In this document: piece by piece, positions 46,452 through 55,825 of the stretch | Layout of the letters: every line of letters begins with the position of its first letter | Position numbering within the stretch: position 1 is the stretch's first letter | From: Candidatus Anderseniibacteriota bacterium | Lineage (GTDB): Bacteria; Patescibacteriota; Andersenbacteria; UBA10190 | NCBI GenBank assembly: GCA_021414205.1 | Contig: JAIOOW010000003.1 | Span: forward strand, 128,048 to 192,047 | Length of the DNA: 64,000 nt | Direction: 5' to 3' | Position numbers and translations under genes: made by a program | Notes under the pieces: generated by a model | The model's input: the letters and a program-made list of their open reading frames with translations, nothing else | What the model was told of the DNA's origin: nothing | The model's database searches: none

Positions 46452-47060
46452 CTATTTTTGCCGTCGTTTTTTCTGTTGGACTAGCTTCGTAATCATTATC
46501 CTGCCAGCGCTATTTGATACGATGATTGCAACAAGCACAATTCCAAAATATACAGTCAGTATTTCAACATATGATGCAGACATATTTCTCCAACCGCCGA
46601 GAATGAGTGCTGAGTACCAGGATACTGCGGATATAGCTCCTGCCGTAAACATGAGAGGAGACTTTTTAATAAACTTTGGCGTGATAAGGGAGCGACTTTC
46701 GCGATGATGCAACATAGGGAGAACTTTTCGATGCATAAAGAATCCGTTTGCAATAAGAATTCCTACGATTGTGGCTTTGGCGTAAATTTTATGGAGGTTG
46801 TATGCGCTGATCACGGCTGAATTGCCCGATAGATACAGTAAGATGAATCCGAAACCAGATACTAACAGGATGAGGAGGCCAGCCCACACAATATCTGAAA
46901 CAGTGAGTAGGATTCTGTATTCGTCTTTATCTAATTTTCCGTCTTTTGTAAATTTGAAGAATAAATAATCGCTTACTGTTGCCCCACCTGCGCCCAGTGC
47001 CGTTCCAACGATATGCGCAATGATAAGTATATTGCGAATGTCCATATCCGTAGTATACAC
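46452..47060 (-). CDS. Hypothetical polytopic membrane protein
   Basis: Hydrophobicity pattern, 202 aa. Confidence 0.45.
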   Translation of the reverse strand: MYTTDMDIRNILIIAHIVGTALGAGGATVSDYLFFKFTKDGKLDKDEYRILLTVSDIVWAGLLILLVSGFGFILLYLSGNSAVISAYNLHKIYAKATIVGILIANGFFMHRKVLPMLHHRESRSLITPKFIKKSPLMFTAGAISAVSWYSALILGGWRNMSASYVEILTVYFGIVLVAIIVSNSAGRIMITKLVQQKKRRQK

Positions 47061-47069
47061 TAGACATTC

Positions 47070-47774
47070 TTATCCTCGAGCAATTGTTGCGCACCAGATT
47101 TTCACATCTGGAAGTTCTGGAAAAGCTCGCGATGCAGACATCAAAGTTGCACCGGTAGTTGATACATCGTCTATTAAAATAATGATCGGTTTTCTTGCTA
47201 CGATATTGCTGTATTCTTGTTTTGAAATTGCCATTTCAAAAGCCTCGTGCATGTTGTGCGGACGTTCGTCGTGAGATAATTTTGCCTGGGATTTTGTTGC
47301 TTTTTTGCGCCTAAGAATGGGGGCGAGCTGAATATTACATAGAGCGCTTATCGCTTTTGCGACATCTTCGCTCTGATTGAATCCGCGCTGGCGTAGTTTG
47401 TTTTTGTGAAGAGGAATGGGCACCAGTATTGCGCACCTAGACAATGCATCTAAGGAATCGATCCGAGCAAGGTGCGGAATAATGAGCCCAGCGAGCGTGT
47501 CTGCTATTGGACGTATCCCTTTGAATTTGAGCCATTCAATTCCGCGCTGGAGCGCATGATTGGAATACGGGGCGACGGAAACAATGCCGGTAATATTTGT
47601 TTCCTCTCTGCAATTAATGCATGTTGTTCCTCTTGGCCGCTCTGTTTTACAGATGATGCATGATTGCGTAGCGATCGGCGCGTGCGCCCTGCAGCGTTCG
47701 CAATACCACGTGTCTTCGCATAAACAATCAACGCACCTGGCGGGTGCAAATGCATTGATAATCTCTTGTAACAT
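47070..47774 (-). CDS. comF: ComF-family protein (phosphoribosyltransferase domain with N-terminal Cys4 zinc ribbon)
   Basis: N-terminal CVDCLC...CERC...C.IC...C..C and C-terminal PRTase motif IILIDDVSTTGATL. Confidence 0.8.
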   Translation of the reverse strand: MLQEIINAFAPARCVDCLCEDTWYCERCRAHAPIATQSCIICKTERPRGTTCINCREETNITGIVSVAPYSNHALQRGIEWLKFKGIRPIADTLAGLIIPHLARIDSLDALSRCAILVPIPLHKNKLRQRGFNQSEDVAKAISALCNIQLAPILRRKKATKSQAKLSHDERPHNMHEAFEMAISKQEYSNIVARKPIIILIDDVSTTGATLMSASRAFPELPDVKIWCATIARG

Positions 47775-50362
47775 TACGCTGGGGCAATCTCAACTGCCCG
47801 TACGATGATGTTGTTTCCGACTTTGCGGGCTGAAACCGTTTGTCCGTCCGTAAATTCTTTATTGATAATACTGTGAGCAATTGGGTCTTCTAATAACTCC
47901 TGAACAATTCTACGGATTGGGCGAGCGCCTTTACCGTCTTTGAATGCGCGTTCTGCGATTTCATGAGTTACTCCTTTTGAAACTTCTAGCTTGATTGCCT
48001 TATTTTCGAGCAATCCTTGAAGTTCGCGCACGGCATTTTTTGCAATCGCTTCCATGTCTTTCATGGTGAGTGGGGAATATACAATAATTTGATCGATGCG
48101 AGATAATAGTTCCGGCGCCATGCGGTCTTGCAATTCTTTTAACACCGAAGCTTTTAATTGCTCGTATTTTTCTTGCGCATTATCTTTTTCTACTGATTCT
48201 TCTGGCATCGCAAATCCCATGCGAGCTTGTTGGGATAGTTCATGCGATCCGATATTGCTCGTCATAATAATGATCGTATTGCGGAAGTTTACCTTGCGGC
48301 CATGAGAGTCCGTCAGCTCTCCTTCATCGAGAATCTGCAATAAGATATTCCATACATCGCGATGCGCCTTTTCTATTTCGTCGAACAATATAACTGCATA
48401 CGGCTGGCGCCTCACGCTTTCCGTCAGTTTCCCACCTTCTTCGTATCCGACATATCCTGCGGGAGCCCCGATTAATCTGGATACGGAATGTGATTCCATG
48501 AATTCTGACATATCGACCCGGATAAGCGCCTCTTCATTTTCGAATACTTCCTTGGCAAGTACTTTTGCCGTTTCCGTTTTTCCGACTCCTGTTGGTCCGA
48601 GGAATATAAATGATCCGAGTGGTCGATTCGGATTTGCAATGCCGGCTCGCGAACGGCGAACGTATCGTGCAACAGAATGGATAGCCTGTTCTTGCCCGAT
48701 AATATGCTTGCGCATGATATCTTCGAGATTCGCAAGTTTTTTCGATTCTTCTTTTAAGATTCTGCCTGCGGGAATGCCGGTCGAATCTGCAACAACTTTT
48801 GCGATATGTTCTTCAGTAATGGAGATGCGTTTTGCATCGTTTTGCGCAGAAAGTTTGCGGGTGTTTGCTGCAAGTTCATCTGCTAATGCATCTTCTTTTC
48901 GTTTGGCAGCGAGCGCTTCTTCATAATGCTCGGACTCAATTGCTAGTTCTTTTTCTTTTTTTACTTTTTCGAGCTCTGCTTTTAGCGTATTGGCCTTTTG
49001 TGCTTCCTCGGTGCCGGCAATGGTGAGTTGTAGTGTTGCAGCAGCTTCGTCGAGCAGGTCCAGCGCTTTGTCTGGCAAAAATCGATCAGGGATATATCGA
49101 ATACTCATTTCAACAGCAGCCCCAATTGCCGAATCTGTAACGGTAAGCCCGTGATGAGCTTCGTACGCTTCTCGAGCGCCTTCAAGAATGGTGATGGTTT
49201 CTTCAGGAGACGGTTCTTTTACGTGTACTGGTTGGAACCTGCGTTCAAGTGCTGCATCTTTTTCGATATGTTTTCTGAACTCGTCTATCGTTGTTGCTCC
49301 GATAATGCTTACTTCGCCCCGTGCAAGCATGGGCTTTAACATGTTTGCGGCATCCATGCTTCCGCCAGACGATCCGGCCCCTACGATAGTATGGATCTCG
49401 TCGATGAATAAGATGGTATCTCGGTTTTCTTCCAATTCGCGCATGAGCTCCTTGATGCGCTCTTCAAACTCTCCTCGAAACGTCGTGCCTGCTAAAATGC
49501 CGGTCATATCGAGCGATAAAATTTTCTTTCCCTGGAGCTTTGCCGGCACTTGGCCGTCTGCAATGCGCTGGGCGAGCCCTGTTACAATCGCAGTTTTCCC
49601 GACGCCGGGTTCTCCGATTAAAATGGGATTATTTTTATTCTTGCGATTCAAAATACTCATGACGCGGTCAACTTCTTTTGATCGACCAATAACTGGGTCG
49701 AATTTATTTTTCTTTGCAAGTGCCGTTAAGTCTTGGGTAAAGAAATCGAATGCAGGAGTTTTTTGCTTTTTTGCTCCGCCATGCATGCTTCCCGGAAGTC
49801 CATTTGCTTCAGCAGGGAGGATAAGTGGCATGTCTTGCTGCTTATGATTCATTTTTCCGCCAATTGCATCTGCTGGTTTCGCGGAAGGGTTTGATCCTAG
49901 GAGGTTGGATAAATCAGGGAAGTGAGATGTGCTCTTGAGTACAATCTGCACTTGTTGTAATAAAGACTTTACATCGACGGGGGATTTTTCCAGAAGCTTG
50001 TATCCCATAGAATCTTTAAGCGTTAAGATGCCGTACAGAATATGCTCGGTGCCGATGTATCGATGATGGTATTGAAATGCAGTTCGAGCACCTTTTTCAA
50101 ATGCTGCGCGAGTATGTGCGGAAAGCTCTTCTTTCCACGCTCCGCCTTTTTCCATCTGCTCTAATTCGTTGCGGATAAATTCTGGAGTGAGTCCGAATTT
50201 TTTCAAAATGCTATATGCAAGAGAGCCGGATTCTTGGAGCATGCCATACAGTAAATGTTCGGTGCCGACATGGCGGTGCTGCAATTCTTCGGAAACTTTG
50301 GAAGCGCTTGCAAGTACGCTTTTAAGTCTGCTCGTTAATTTGTCCAAGATTGGTTTTTCCAT
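47774..50362 (-). CDS. clpC: ClpB/ClpC-family AAA+ chaperone with two NBDs and a short coiled-coil middle domain
   Basis: Two Clp_N repeats. NBD1 GEPGVGKTAIV, NBD2 GPTGVGKTETAKVLA, sensor-2 region, about 90-aa coiled-coil M region. The start at MEKPILDKL is chosen rather than the track start. Confidence 0.85.
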   Translation of the reverse strand: MEKPILDKLTSRLKSVLASASKVSEELQHRHVGTEHLLYGMLQESGSLAYSILKKFGLTPEFIRNELEQMEKGGAWKEELSAHTRAAFEKGARTAFQYHHRYIGTEHILYGILTLKDSMGYKLLEKSPVDVKSLLQQVQIVLKSTSHFPDLSNLLGSNPSAKPADAIGGKMNHKQQDMPLILPAEANGLPGSMHGGAKKQKTPAFDFFTQDLTALAKKNKFDPVIGRSKEVDRVMSILNRKNKNNPILIGEPGVGKTAIVTGLAQRIADGQVPAKLQGKKILSLDMTGILAGTTFRGEFEERIKELMRELEENRDTILFIDEIHTIVGAGSSGGSMDAANMLKPMLARGEVSIIGATTIDEFRKHIEKDAALERRFQPVHVKEPSPEETITILEGAREAYEAHHGLTVTDSAIGAAVEMSIRYIPDRFLPDKALDLLDEAAATLQLTIAGTEEAQKANTLKAELEKVKKEKELAIESEHYEEALAAKRKEDALADELAANTRKLSAQNDAKRISITEEHIAKVVADSTGIPAGRILKEESKKLANLEDIMRKHIIGQEQAIHSVARYVRRSRAGIANPNRPLGSFIFLGPTGVGKTETAKVLAKEVFENEEALIRVDMSEFMESHSVSRLIGAPAGYVGYEEGGKLTESVRRQPYAVILFDEIEKAHRDVWNILLQILDEGELTDSHGRKVNFRNTIIIMTSNIGSHELSQQARMGFAMPEESVEKDNAQEKYEQLKASVLKELQDRMAPELLSRIDQIIVYSPLTMKDMEAIAKNAVRELQGLLENKAIKLEVSKGVTHEIAERAFKDGKGARPIRRIVQELLEDPIAHSIINKEFTDGQTVSARKVGNNIIVRAVEIAPA

Positions 50363-50467
50363 CTCTTCAGTATACAACAGCTTTTTATGTTTGCTATGAA
50401 ATAAAAACACCATACTGAGAATTTCCTAGTATGGTGTGTGCGTGCGTGGGTTCGAAAAATGGCTTGG

Positions 50468-50902
50468 TTACTCCGCTAAAAATTCAGCGGTGGTAACAAT
50501 GTCTTGTTGTGTCAGGCTCAACTGACCGCCCGGCTCAAGAATGTCGGTTGCTTCTTCGCGGTAGAAGGAGCGCAATGTGCTTGTGAGTTCAGTGAGTACG
50601 GTGCCGGTGAATCTGTTGAGGGCAAATTGAACTGATTCGAGGTGGCTCAAGTCAGCTTCCGTTCGATGGCGGACCATTTGAAGTACGGCTTCTTGGCAGC
50701 TGATCGGAACGCTCGAGGATACGTAAAATGCTCGCAGTTTTGGGCACCAGCCGAATACGAACTCTCGATCAGGTTCCATGTTCGGCTTCACGACGAAGTA
50801 CTTGTTGTGTTCGCCGTTTCGCCAGCTGCGGAATGTCCCGCTTCGTTCTGTGTGCTCAGTAATCTTTTTAGTCAAGTCCTGTGTTCGCAGCGTGGTAGGC
50901 AT
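50468..50902 (-). CDS. Hypothetical protein (144 aa) directly upstream of clpC
   Basis: ORF only. Same strand, 54-nt gap to clpC. Not recognisably CtsR or McsA. Confidence 0.4.
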   Translation of the reverse strand: MPTTLRTQDLTKKITEHTERSGTFRSWRNGEHNKYFVVKPNMEPDREFVFGWCPKLRAFYVSSSVPISCQEAVLQMVRHRTEADLSHLESVQFALNRFTGTVLTELTSTLRSFYREEATDILEPGGQLSLTQQDIVTTAEFLAE

Positions 50903-50966
50903 CTTTTACCCGTCCTTCCTTGTAATGTTGTAAAGGGCAACCCGTCTCTCATAATACTGCTATACT

Positions 50967-51395
50967 GTGGATATGTCAAAGTCTCCAAAGGAACATGCAA
51001 TCGATATATTGGCTCGGCGGGATCATAGTATTCACGAAATGCGAATGAAGCTAAAAAGGAAGATTTTTGACCCGGAAGCTATTGAGGACACAATTGTGTG
51101 GCTTCAGGAAAAAAGATTATTAAACGATGCAGATTTTGCCCAGAAAAAGGCAGAAAGCATCATGAGGACGAAGATGGCGGGGCCCATGTATATAAAGAAT
51201 AAGTTAAGAGAGGCGGGGGTTGCAGGGGAGATAATAGATGATGTTGTGCAAAATATTGCAGATGCTGAAGAATGGGGAATTCGAGCACAAAAGGCGATAG
51301 AGCAGTGGAAACGAGCCCATGTAAAGCATGCGGAAGATAAAACGCGTCAGATGCGGTTTTTAGTCTCGCGAGGATTTGACAGAATTGATTTATAG
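50967..51395 (+). CDS. recX: RecX-family regulatory protein
   Basis: AIDILARRDHSIHEMRMKLKRK matches the RecX first repeat (LRLLSRRDHSEAELRRKL). Three helical repeats. 142 aa. Confidence 0.7.
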   Translation: MDMSKSPKEHAIDILARRDHSIHEMRMKLKRKIFDPEAIEDTIVWLQEKRLLNDADFAQKKAESIMRTKMAGPMYIKNKLREAGVAGEIIDDVVQNIADAEEWGIRAQKAIEQWKRAHVKHAEDKTRQMRFLVSRGFDRIDL

Positions 51396-51700
51396 TGCTA
51401 ATTTGATGATAGGTTTGATTTTGCACACTTTCTAGAATGGAGTTTTGCGATGTTACGTAATCAAGGTGTGTTTGTTGCATGTGATGGATTTCTTTACAAG
51501 GATTGCTGGGTGGGAGTTCTGTCTAATCCGGGCAATACGATTGCTCGGGTAGTGCAGCATCATTCGGCGATGTCGCGAGACGTGATTCGCGCAAGTTTGT
51601 ACGGGCGAGGATACCGTGTCATCACCTTTTCGTGATGCCATCGGCGATTTGCTCCGCGAAGCTTCGCAATACCCATGTGGTATATGCGAAGCTTTTTTAT

Positions 51701-52591
51701 TTACATTTCTCGAAGGCGTTTGATGCGATCTTTAATCGGCGGGTGAGTGGAGAACAGGCCGGCTAGTTTTTGCGCATTGAATGGATTTGCAATAAACAAA
51801 TGTGCGGTGGCATTGCTTGCCGTTTCTAGTTTTGAAGAGCCGGAAATTTTTTCCAATGCCGACGCAAGCCCTTCTGGATAGCGGGTGAGGAGAGCCCCTG
51901 ATGCATCTGCTAAATACTCGCGCTGGCGAGAAATTGCCAGTTGAATGAGTTGCGCAATGAGCGGGGAAATAATCAACAAGACGAGGCTTATAATGGCCAT
52001 GATTGCACCTAATTGATTATTATTTTCTCGATCATCGCGGTTCCTGAATCCACCGAAGAATGTAGCGCGCGTTATCATGTCTGATAATATGACGATAAAG
52101 CCGATAAAGATTGCAACGAGAGTAGAGAAACGAATGTCGTAATTACGGACGTGGGACAATTCATGAGCAAGTACGCCTTCTAGTTCCGATCTAGTTAATG
52201 CTTGTAGGATTCCGGATGTTACTGCAATTGATGCATGCTGCGGGTCGCGGCCGGTTGCAAATGCATTGAGCGCGGGTGAGTCTATTATATAGATGCGCGG
52301 TTTTGGAACGCCGGCCGTAATCGCAAGATTTTCGACGATATGATGCAATTCCGGATTTTGTTCCAGGTTTACTTCGCGAGCGCTATTTGTGGCGAGCGCA
52401 ATTTTGTCACCGGAATAGTATCCTATAAGGGATGATGGAATTGCGAATATCGCAGCGATGACGGGTAGGACAAAATCGCCTCGGACATAGTACGAATAGG
52501 CTGCCACAACTCCGATAACAAATGCCAACACGGCTGTTATTAAAAACAGCGAATTTCTTTTGTTAGTTGCGATTTGGGAGTAAACGGTCAC
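51701..52591 (-). CDS. htpX: Zinc metalloprotease HtpX (M48 family)
   Basis: HELSH zinc-binding motif, four TMs, HtpX colinearity. Co-oriented immediately after lemA as in many bacteria. Confidence 0.85.
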   Translation of the reverse strand: MTVYSQIATNKRNSLFLITAVLAFVIGVVAAYSYYVRGDFVLPVIAAIFAIPSSLIGYYSGDKIALATNSAREVNLEQNPELHHIVENLAITAGVPKPRIYIIDSPALNAFATGRDPQHASIAVTSGILQALTRSELEGVLAHELSHVRNYDIRFSTLVAIFIGFIVILSDMITRATFFGGFRNRDDRENNNQLGAIMAIISLVLLIISPLIAQLIQLAISRQREYLADASGALLTRYPEGLASALEKISGSSKLETASNATAHLFIANPFNAQKLAGLFSTHPPIKDRIKRLREM

Positions 52592-53154
52592 TTCGAAGCG
52601 AAATCTACGTTTGGCACTTCTTTTTCAGATTCGTTTTCAAGTTCAAAGAAGTCGCGTTTTGCAAAATGGAACATACCCGCAATAATATTGTTGGGAGCAG
52701 TTTCAACGGCAGTGTTGTAATCTCGGACAACGCCATTGTAGAACCGATATGCGGATTGGATTTTATTTTCCGTGTCAGATAATTCACGCTGCAATTCGAG
52801 GAAATTCGTATTCGCTTTTAATTCTGGGTATTGCTCTGATACTGCGAATAATGTTTTCAGTGTTCCTGACAATGCATTTTCTGCCTGTGCATGTTCTGCG
52901 GGAGTTTGGGCGGTAAGCGCCTGCGCTCGCGCTTTCGTTACCATTTCAAATGTATTTGATTCGTGCGCTGCGTATCCCTTTACTGTCTCAACAAGGTTCG
53001 GAATTAAATTGTGTCTGCGCTTTAATTGCACATCGATGTCGCTCCACGCTTCCGATGCTTGATTGCGCTGGCGAACGAGCGAGTTGTATGCGTTCAATAT
53101 ATATAAAGCCAGTACGACGATAACGATTACGAAAAGAAACGTGAATGTATTCAT
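52588..53154 (-). CDS. lemA: LemA-family protein
   Basis: N-terminal TM plus YNSLVRQRNQASEAWSDIDVQLKRRHNLIPNLVETVKGYAAHE, a LemA signature. ATGA overlap with htpX. Confidence 0.85.
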   Translation of the reverse strand: MNTFTFLFVIVIVVLALYILNAYNSLVRQRNQASEAWSDIDVQLKRRHNLIPNLVETVKGYAAHESNTFEMVTKARAQALTAQTPAEHAQAENALSGTLKTLFAVSEQYPELKANTNFLELQRELSDTENKIQSAYRFYNGVVRDYNTAVETAPNNIIAGMFHFAKRDFFELENESEKEVPNVDFASK

Positions 53155-53211
53155 ACGGCTATGGTATAATGGTGAGATGAATTCAGCAAGGGAATCCTTC
53201 TCCTTTTAACT

Positions 53212-54309
53212 ATGGCATTATTTAGTCCAAAAGCATCGTATCTTGGAGTTGACTTAGGAACATCGACTGCAAAAATTGTTGAATTAAGCGAACGCAAAAA
53301 TGCTATTGAGCTGGTGACATACGCGGAAGCGAACATGGGGAACTTGCTCATGAACCCCGTGGCCGGAGAACAGGATGCAATCGACAAGACAATTGCGCTG
53401 TTGCAACAAATGATGGAAAAATCAGGCTCTACTGCAAAAAATGTAATCGCGGCGCTTCCGGGAGGATTGGTATTTTCTACCGTACTAATGTTGCCGAATA
53501 TACCAGAAGCGGAAATGGAAAAAGCTGTTCGATTTGCTGCACGTGACGTAGTTCCTGCAGACATCGATGAAATGGTTATTGGGTGGAGTCGGGTTGGCAG
53601 TCAGGCGCACATGCAAACGGATCGGAAGGAAAAATCTCCGGAAACAGAATCTAAGCAAACAGCAGCTCCTGTTCCCGTTGAGCCTACAAAAGTGAATATG
53701 GATCAGCAAATTCCTGTGTTTGTGACTGCTGCTCCGAAAGATATCGTCAATAGATACATTGCGGTATTTCAGCGATTGAATATGACGTTGCTGGCGCTCG
53801 AGGTAGAAACATTTCCCCTTGTTCGTTCATTGTTGACGAATCCGCCAACTTCTACGCTGCTGGTCGATATCGGCGCGCACGCAACGACGTTTCATATTAT
53901 TGATAAAGGAATTCCTCGAGTATCACAGACAATTGAAGTTGGCGGCTTTACAGAAGGTGATATTGAAAAACAGAAAATTGAATTCGGAATTTTGCCGCAG
54001 CAAGATCCTGCAATCCGCACTGCGCTAGAGGCAACGCTTGCGCATCAGGCAGAAAAGGCAAAAGAACTTCTTGCAGCATATGAGCAAAAAGAAAAACACA
54101 GAATCGAAAAATCCGTGCTCATTGGCGGTGGAGCAAATTTAAAAGGGCTTCCGGAATATTGGGGGAAGGCGGTTGGGCTGCAGGCTATTATTGGGAATCC
54201 GTGGAAAGACGTTGCGTACCCGAAGCAGCTTGAAGAGACATTAAAAGCAATTGGTCCGCGGTACGGAGTTTCTGTTGGATTGGCGTTGCGCGGTTTTGCA
54301 CAGCAATAG
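53212..54309 (+). CDS. pilM: Type IV pilus assembly protein PilM (actin-like ATPase)
   Basis: YLGVDLGTSTAKIVEL N-terminal actin-fold phosphate-1 motif. 365 aa. Confidence 0.85.
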   Translation: MALFSPKASYLGVDLGTSTAKIVELSERKNAIELVTYAEANMGNLLMNPVAGEQDAIDKTIALLQQMMEKSGSTAKNVIAALPGGLVFSTVLMLPNIPEAEMEKAVRFAARDVVPADIDEMVIGWSRVGSQAHMQTDRKEKSPETESKQTAAPVPVEPTKVNMDQQIPVFVTAAPKDIVNRYIAVFQRLNMTLLALEVETFPLVRSLLTNPPTSTLLVDIGAHATTFHIIDKGIPRVSQTIEVGGFTEGDIEKQKIEFGILPQQDPAIRTALEATLAHQAEKAKELLAAYEQKEKHRIEKSVLIGGGANLKGLPEYWGKAVGLQAIIGNPWKDVAYPKQLEETLKAIGPRYGVSVGLALRGFAQQ

Positions 54310-54342
54310 AGTTGTGTATGTGTGTTAGTATAGTAATTACTT

Positions 54343-54933
54343 ATGCCAAGTATTAACTTAGCTCCGGGTACAGAATATATTATTGCAGCGCGACGAAGGC
54401 GCCAGCGACTATATATTATTTCGATCGTCATTGTTGTTGTGTTTGCGATTGGTTATGGGGTGTTGTTTTTCGTAAATCAATCATTCTCAAACCAGGATGA
54501 GGCTTTGAAGGGGAACATCCAAACAGTTGATGCGCAAATCCAAAAATCAAAAACGGATGCAACTCGCGTTTCGCTATTTGAAAAACGACTAACTGAGACA
54601 AAAACATTGCTAGATGCGCACGTGAAGTGGGATCAGGTATTCGCTGATGTGGAGCGGCTACTCCCGGCAAATGTTACGCTTACTGGGATAGATGCGGGTA
54701 CTGACTCGACAACAGTTTCTATTCAGGGAGCTACGCCGGATATGGATTCGGTAGCGCAGGCAATCGCGAGCTTGTCGTCTGGTGCAAATCATGCGTCTAT
54801 GTTCAGCAATGGTGAAGTAAAAGAAGTTACTCGTGTTGAGCAAAAAAATGGCGACCAAACAACTACTGGATATACGTTTACGATTACCTTAACTATAGAC
54901 CCTGGCAAGCTTCGAGCAGGGGCTCCTCAATAA
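54343..54933 (+). CDS. pilN: PilN-like pilus assembly protein (single TM plus coiled-coil)
   Basis: RRRRQRLYIISIVIVVVFAIGYGVLFF TM after a basic stretch, as in PilN. Position after pilM. Confidence 0.7.
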   Translation: MPSINLAPGTEYIIAARRRRQRLYIISIVIVVVFAIGYGVLFFVNQSFSNQDEALKGNIQTVDAQIQKSKTDATRVSLFEKRLTETKTLLDAHVKWDQVFADVERLLPANVTLTGIDAGTDSTTVSIQGATPDMDSVAQAIASLSSGANHASMFSNGEVKEVTRVEQKNGDQTTTGYTFTITLTIDPGKLRAGAPQ

Positions 54934-54936
54934 TCT

Positions 54937-55524
54937 ATGGCATTAAATACTTCCATTAATACGCCGTATCTCGTACTCACCGGAGTGGTGCTGATTGCAA
55001 TTGTGTTTGTCTTTACTGTGATGCAGCCTCAGCTCGACTCCATTACGACGCTTCGCCATGATATTACGGATAATACGAATACATTAAAAACAAAACAGGA
55101 CTTTATTGCATCGTTATCAGCAAAAGTTCAGCAATTGCAATCTCAGCCTCAGGCAGAACAGCAGCTTGCCGTTGTTGTTCCGCAGGGAGACATGACGCAA
55201 GATATTGTACGCGTTGTAAGTCAGTACGCTTCGCAAGTCGGATTAGTAATAGTTGGTGTTACAAATAATTCTGTTGCACAGCAAGCGCAACTGGATGCAA
55301 GTATTGCTCGCGGCGATGTTACCTCGACTCCGAGCGATGTTCGAACACTGTCGTTCCAGGTGCAAACATCAGGAACATACGGACAGCTCAGGGATTTCTT
55401 AAAGGCTCTTGAAAAGTCCCCGCGCATTATTGATGTTGTTCATCTTTCTATCAAGAGTATGAAAGATCAAACTGGGCAAATAACAGCTACGCTGGATATG
55501 CAATCTTATTCACAAGCACAATAG
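54937..55524 (+). CDS. pilO: PilO-like pilus assembly protein
   Basis: Single N-terminal TM and coiled coil. Position after pilN. Confidence 0.65.
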   Translation: MALNTSINTPYLVLTGVVLIAIVFVFTVMQPQLDSITTLRHDITDNTNTLKTKQDFIASLSAKVQQLQSQPQAEQQLAVVVPQGDMTQDIVRVVSQYASQVGLVIVGVTNNSVAQQAQLDASIARGDVTSTPSDVRTLSFQVQTSGTYGQLRDFLKALEKSPRIIDVVHLSIKSMKDQTGQITATLDMQSYSQAQ

Positions 55525-55529
55525 TATCT

Positions 55530-55823
55530 ATGACACCTAATAAAATGATGACAATAGTAGTGCTGGTAGCCATCTTGCTTGCAGGAATCGGTGCAATCGG
55601 TCTTGTGTATTTTGCACCAAGTGGATCTTCTGTGCCCACTTCAACGAACACCGCCACTGATACTACTAGCCAATTAGACCAAACTATTACGAGCACATCA
55701 ACGTTTTCTACGGGTGTGTTGCAGCACTCTGATTACTCGGCATTGGATTTAGGGTTGGTTTCTCAGGGAAGGCTGCCAGTACAAGCGCCGGCAGGAACGG
55801 GAAAAGCTGATCCATTCCAATAA
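55530..55823 (+). CDS. Small Thr/Ser-rich membrane protein within the pil operon (PilP-like position)
   Basis: One TM plus low-complexity T/S-rich tail. Confidence 0.45.
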   Translation: MTPNKMMTIVVLVAILLAGIGAIGLVYFAPSGSSVPTSTNTATDTTSQLDQTITSTSTFSTGVLQHSDYSALDLGLVSQGRLPVQAPAGTGKADPFQ

Positions 55824-55825
55824 AT

